Of a DNA stretch of 64,000 bases, positions 61,601-64,000 are shown piece after piece. The position numbers and the translations under genes are program-made. The number at the start of each line of letters is the position of its first letter. The stretch's first letter is position 1. The stretch is from Klebsormidium nitens (lineage: Eukaryota > Plantae > Klebsormidiophyceae), in contig DF237325.1 in NCBI GenBank assembly GCA_000708835.1, positions 26,203-90,202 of the forward strand, read 5' to 3'. Under the pieces are notes generated by a model. The model had not been told where the DNA came from. It searched no databases and saw only the letters and a program-made list of their open reading frames with translations.

Positions 61601-63576
61601 TCCAAAGGCAGAAGCCTTCATTTGTAGGCGCAACGCCCCCCATTTTTATTAAAGAAGACTTTGCGTACACTCACAGGGCATCATTGTAGAGGACCTCGAG
61701 GCGGGGGTCCTCGAAGGCCTCCTTATTCGCAGGCAGGTAGTCGCGGCAGAACTCAACGACGACCTGAAAACAGATTGAAGGAAAAAATTGAACGCCCGTT
61801 CAACTAAACTCCGCTTCACTGGTCGGCAAATACTCTAAAGTTGAAGGCTTGGCCCAACACCTCAGCCAGCTACTAATCGCCTCAAGAATGGGAGTTCCTA
61901 TCAAGGAGGCAGGAGACACCGACGACGAACACATCACCTGATGCTTGAACAATTGATGTGTCTCTCTGTGCTAGGAGACCCTCAACATGTTGATCAGCAA
62001 ACCCACGCCCATTCCTTTTTTGGGCGTTCGACCATAACAGCTTGCTCCCGCCTTGCAATCCCACGACCGCGCTTCTTCATGCGAAGCATACGCCTAGGAC
62101 AACAGAGCCCCAGCTGCCAGAAAGATCTTTGAAGAGGAGATTAGAAGTGGCGATGGGGCTCACCTGGTCGATATCAACCATCACTACCTTCTCGACGCTC
62201 TTGTGGCGCAGGGCCTGTAATCAATCGGGAGGGTCAGTCGGAGCTTTTTCAAAGTGTCCAGGCTAGAGTGCTTTGACACAACTACTCGGGAAAAAGCGCC
62301 TGCAGACATCAGTCAACGGTCTCTAACCTATTTCATGACCTATGGAGGCAGCAATCCATGCTGAGACACCTATTTGACCATCTGCCCAAGCCTTACGACA
62401 ACATTTCAGCATTGCCCACGTCTTCAATACGCCTCAAGTTTCTTGTCAGGAGGGGGCTGAATCGGCTTACCTCGCGGGCGGTTGAGCCCTCCCCTCCACC
62501 CATGATGAAGATCTTCTTGGGGCTGCAGGAATACAGGCCAGAAGATAAAAACACTGTCTTCAAAGTCCATAATGGATCATGCCACTCACGAGCTCACATC
62601 AACCTCGGCGCCGTGTTGACTACTGGCCTGCCAAAAGATAACACCGCGACCGCACTGCTCAAGGGAACCAGATTGTCGAATGACTTTTTCTCCTGGCGTG
62701 TACGTTGAACAATTCTTGCCCCCTCCGACGACCGTCAGCCAATCACTACATCTGACAGTATAACAATTATAGAGTCTGTCACTTACTTTGGGTGGGAGAG
62801 CAGGGCGGGATGAACCAGGGACTCGTGGTACACAAACTCATCTGCCTCAGCACTCTGGGCCTTGCCATCCAGCATCAATAACTGTAGAGAGGAAACCATT
62901 TTTTTTTTAAGAAATCAGAGATCAGGCAGGCTTTCATTGATCACTTTCCAAAGCTTGAATCAAGCCTGATGGAAACGAAGTCTCCCTTGGTGTAATAGAC
63001 AGATCTCATAAGAAGTAATATGAGAAGCTTCCAAAGAGGCCATAGACTCACCTTCCCGAAAGGGCCACTCTCAATGAGCTCGATGTCCTGGAACTTGCTA
63101 GCCCCCTGGTACAGAATGCTGCAAACAAGAACTCTCAAAAGTCAGGTGTGGTCAAAGAAGAACATAGCAAGCAATATGCAGTAACAGCGTGGGTAAAGTT
63201 TTGAAGCGCCCAACGAGACGCTGATCAGGTTCTCAGAGCAACCACCCAGCTGTGCAGCACTAGGGCGCAACTTGAGTCTTTTGTATGCTAACTTGGGTTT
63301 GATTTCGAAATATGCAACAATGCAGCAAAAGTGACTGCCCAAAACTTTATTGTATCTTGGACTGCATTCTTGATCGCAAGAGATTACTGATCGGTGGTAA
63401 TAAGTGGATAATGCAGCAAACTTCGACGGGCACCTTCTTGGTAATGGTGCAATCAAAGCACACAGAAGCTCGGAAACGTTGCAAGATCTCAGGAGTCATC
63501 ACCTCTTGACCTGGACAGACCATTTGAGGTCATCCTGGAGCTCCTCTTCCAACCAAAGCCTGCGCCCCTCCGACAT
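58605..63576 (-). CDS. ACL5: Thermospermine synthase, ACL5-like (312 aa); exons 63576-63503, 63118-63052, 62881-62787, 62522-62471, 62214-62164, 61763-61675, 61326-61230, 60709-60617, 60218-60176, 59653-59549, 59143-59050, 58683-58605
   Basis: [14 protein letters not shown]...[23 protein letters not shown]...[14 protein letters not shown]...[22 protein letters not shown]...[16 protein letters not shown]...[15 protein letters not shown]. The [11 protein letters not shown] and ARFIHG motifs fit ACL5 rather than spermidine synthase; 939 nt in frame. Confidence 0.93.
60015..60056. repeat. 22-bp tandem duplication in an ACL5 intron
   Basis: gtcgttgcaggtcgcggaaaaa gtcgttgcaggtcgcggaaa. Confidence 0.9.
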
Positions 63577-64000
63577 TCTGAATATCTTACTGTGGTATTA
63601 CCGTTGCACTGATTGAACAGAGGCAAACTACTTTGAAAATGATAAAAGATGTTAGATCTTAAGCAGGAAGGCAAAGCAGAGCTGGAAGTTTGACTATGTG
63701 ACCAAGCGAGTGGGCCGCCAAATCCTACATTCCGCAGGGGACGCTAAGACTGTTAGGGCGGCTTTTGACGCAGGCGGGGCCTTGTTTGACACGTCCAAAG
63801 CATGCGGCAAAGGAGCTGAAAAGGAAGCAGAACGGATCTAGCGCGACCCACAGCAAATGAAGAGGGGCTGAAGAACGAGCACTGGCAGATGAAGCTGCTC
63901 CTGACGCAATGCCAAGAATGTGAGAGGCGCCAAATTAATTTTAAGCACTTCTGTCAGTGAACGCAAGTTCTTGATCACGAACACCATGATGGGCGCCTCT

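Noticed and set aside
1-64000. A thematic immunity cluster (PR-5, executor-macro fusion, BTB)
   Set aside because: The genes are interspersed with housekeeping genes (NOL, PI4K, HAT1); no evidence of co-regulation or an operon-like system.

Overview
Eukaryotic, intron-rich nuclear DNA with GT-AG introns and GC-rich exons. The gene set and sequence style suggest a streptophyte green alga, Klebsormidium-like (inference). Exon chains were rebuilt by hand from splice sites and reading-frame continuity. Recognisable genes are the 3' part of PI4-kinase alpha, a secreted Pro/Thr-rich (extensin/AGP-like) protein ending in a thaumatin domain, chlorophyll b reductase NOL, an intronless BTB/POZ gene broken by one TGA, histone acetyltransferase HAT1 (with a 195-N assembly gap), a plastid SET/Rubisco-LSMT-type methyltransferase, a two-TM hybrid histidine kinase and an ACL5-type thermospermine synthase. 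The most striking element is a 5-exon gene (27912-31270, about 552 aa). It joins an MLKL/RPW8/MCAfunc-like N-terminal helical bundle to a MacroD-type ADP-ribose macrodomain with altered catalytic-loop residues and a Cys-rich insertion, making it a candidate ADP-ribose-sensing cell-death or immune effector. Intergenic DNA holds a Tc1/mariner-type MITE, a GGTTGA/TCAACC palindrome cluster, a decayed partial copy of the PI4K 3' end, TAG/CTA-enriched patches and several tandem duplications. No rRNA, tRNA or CRISPR array was seen. All family assignments come from recalled motifs, not from database searches.
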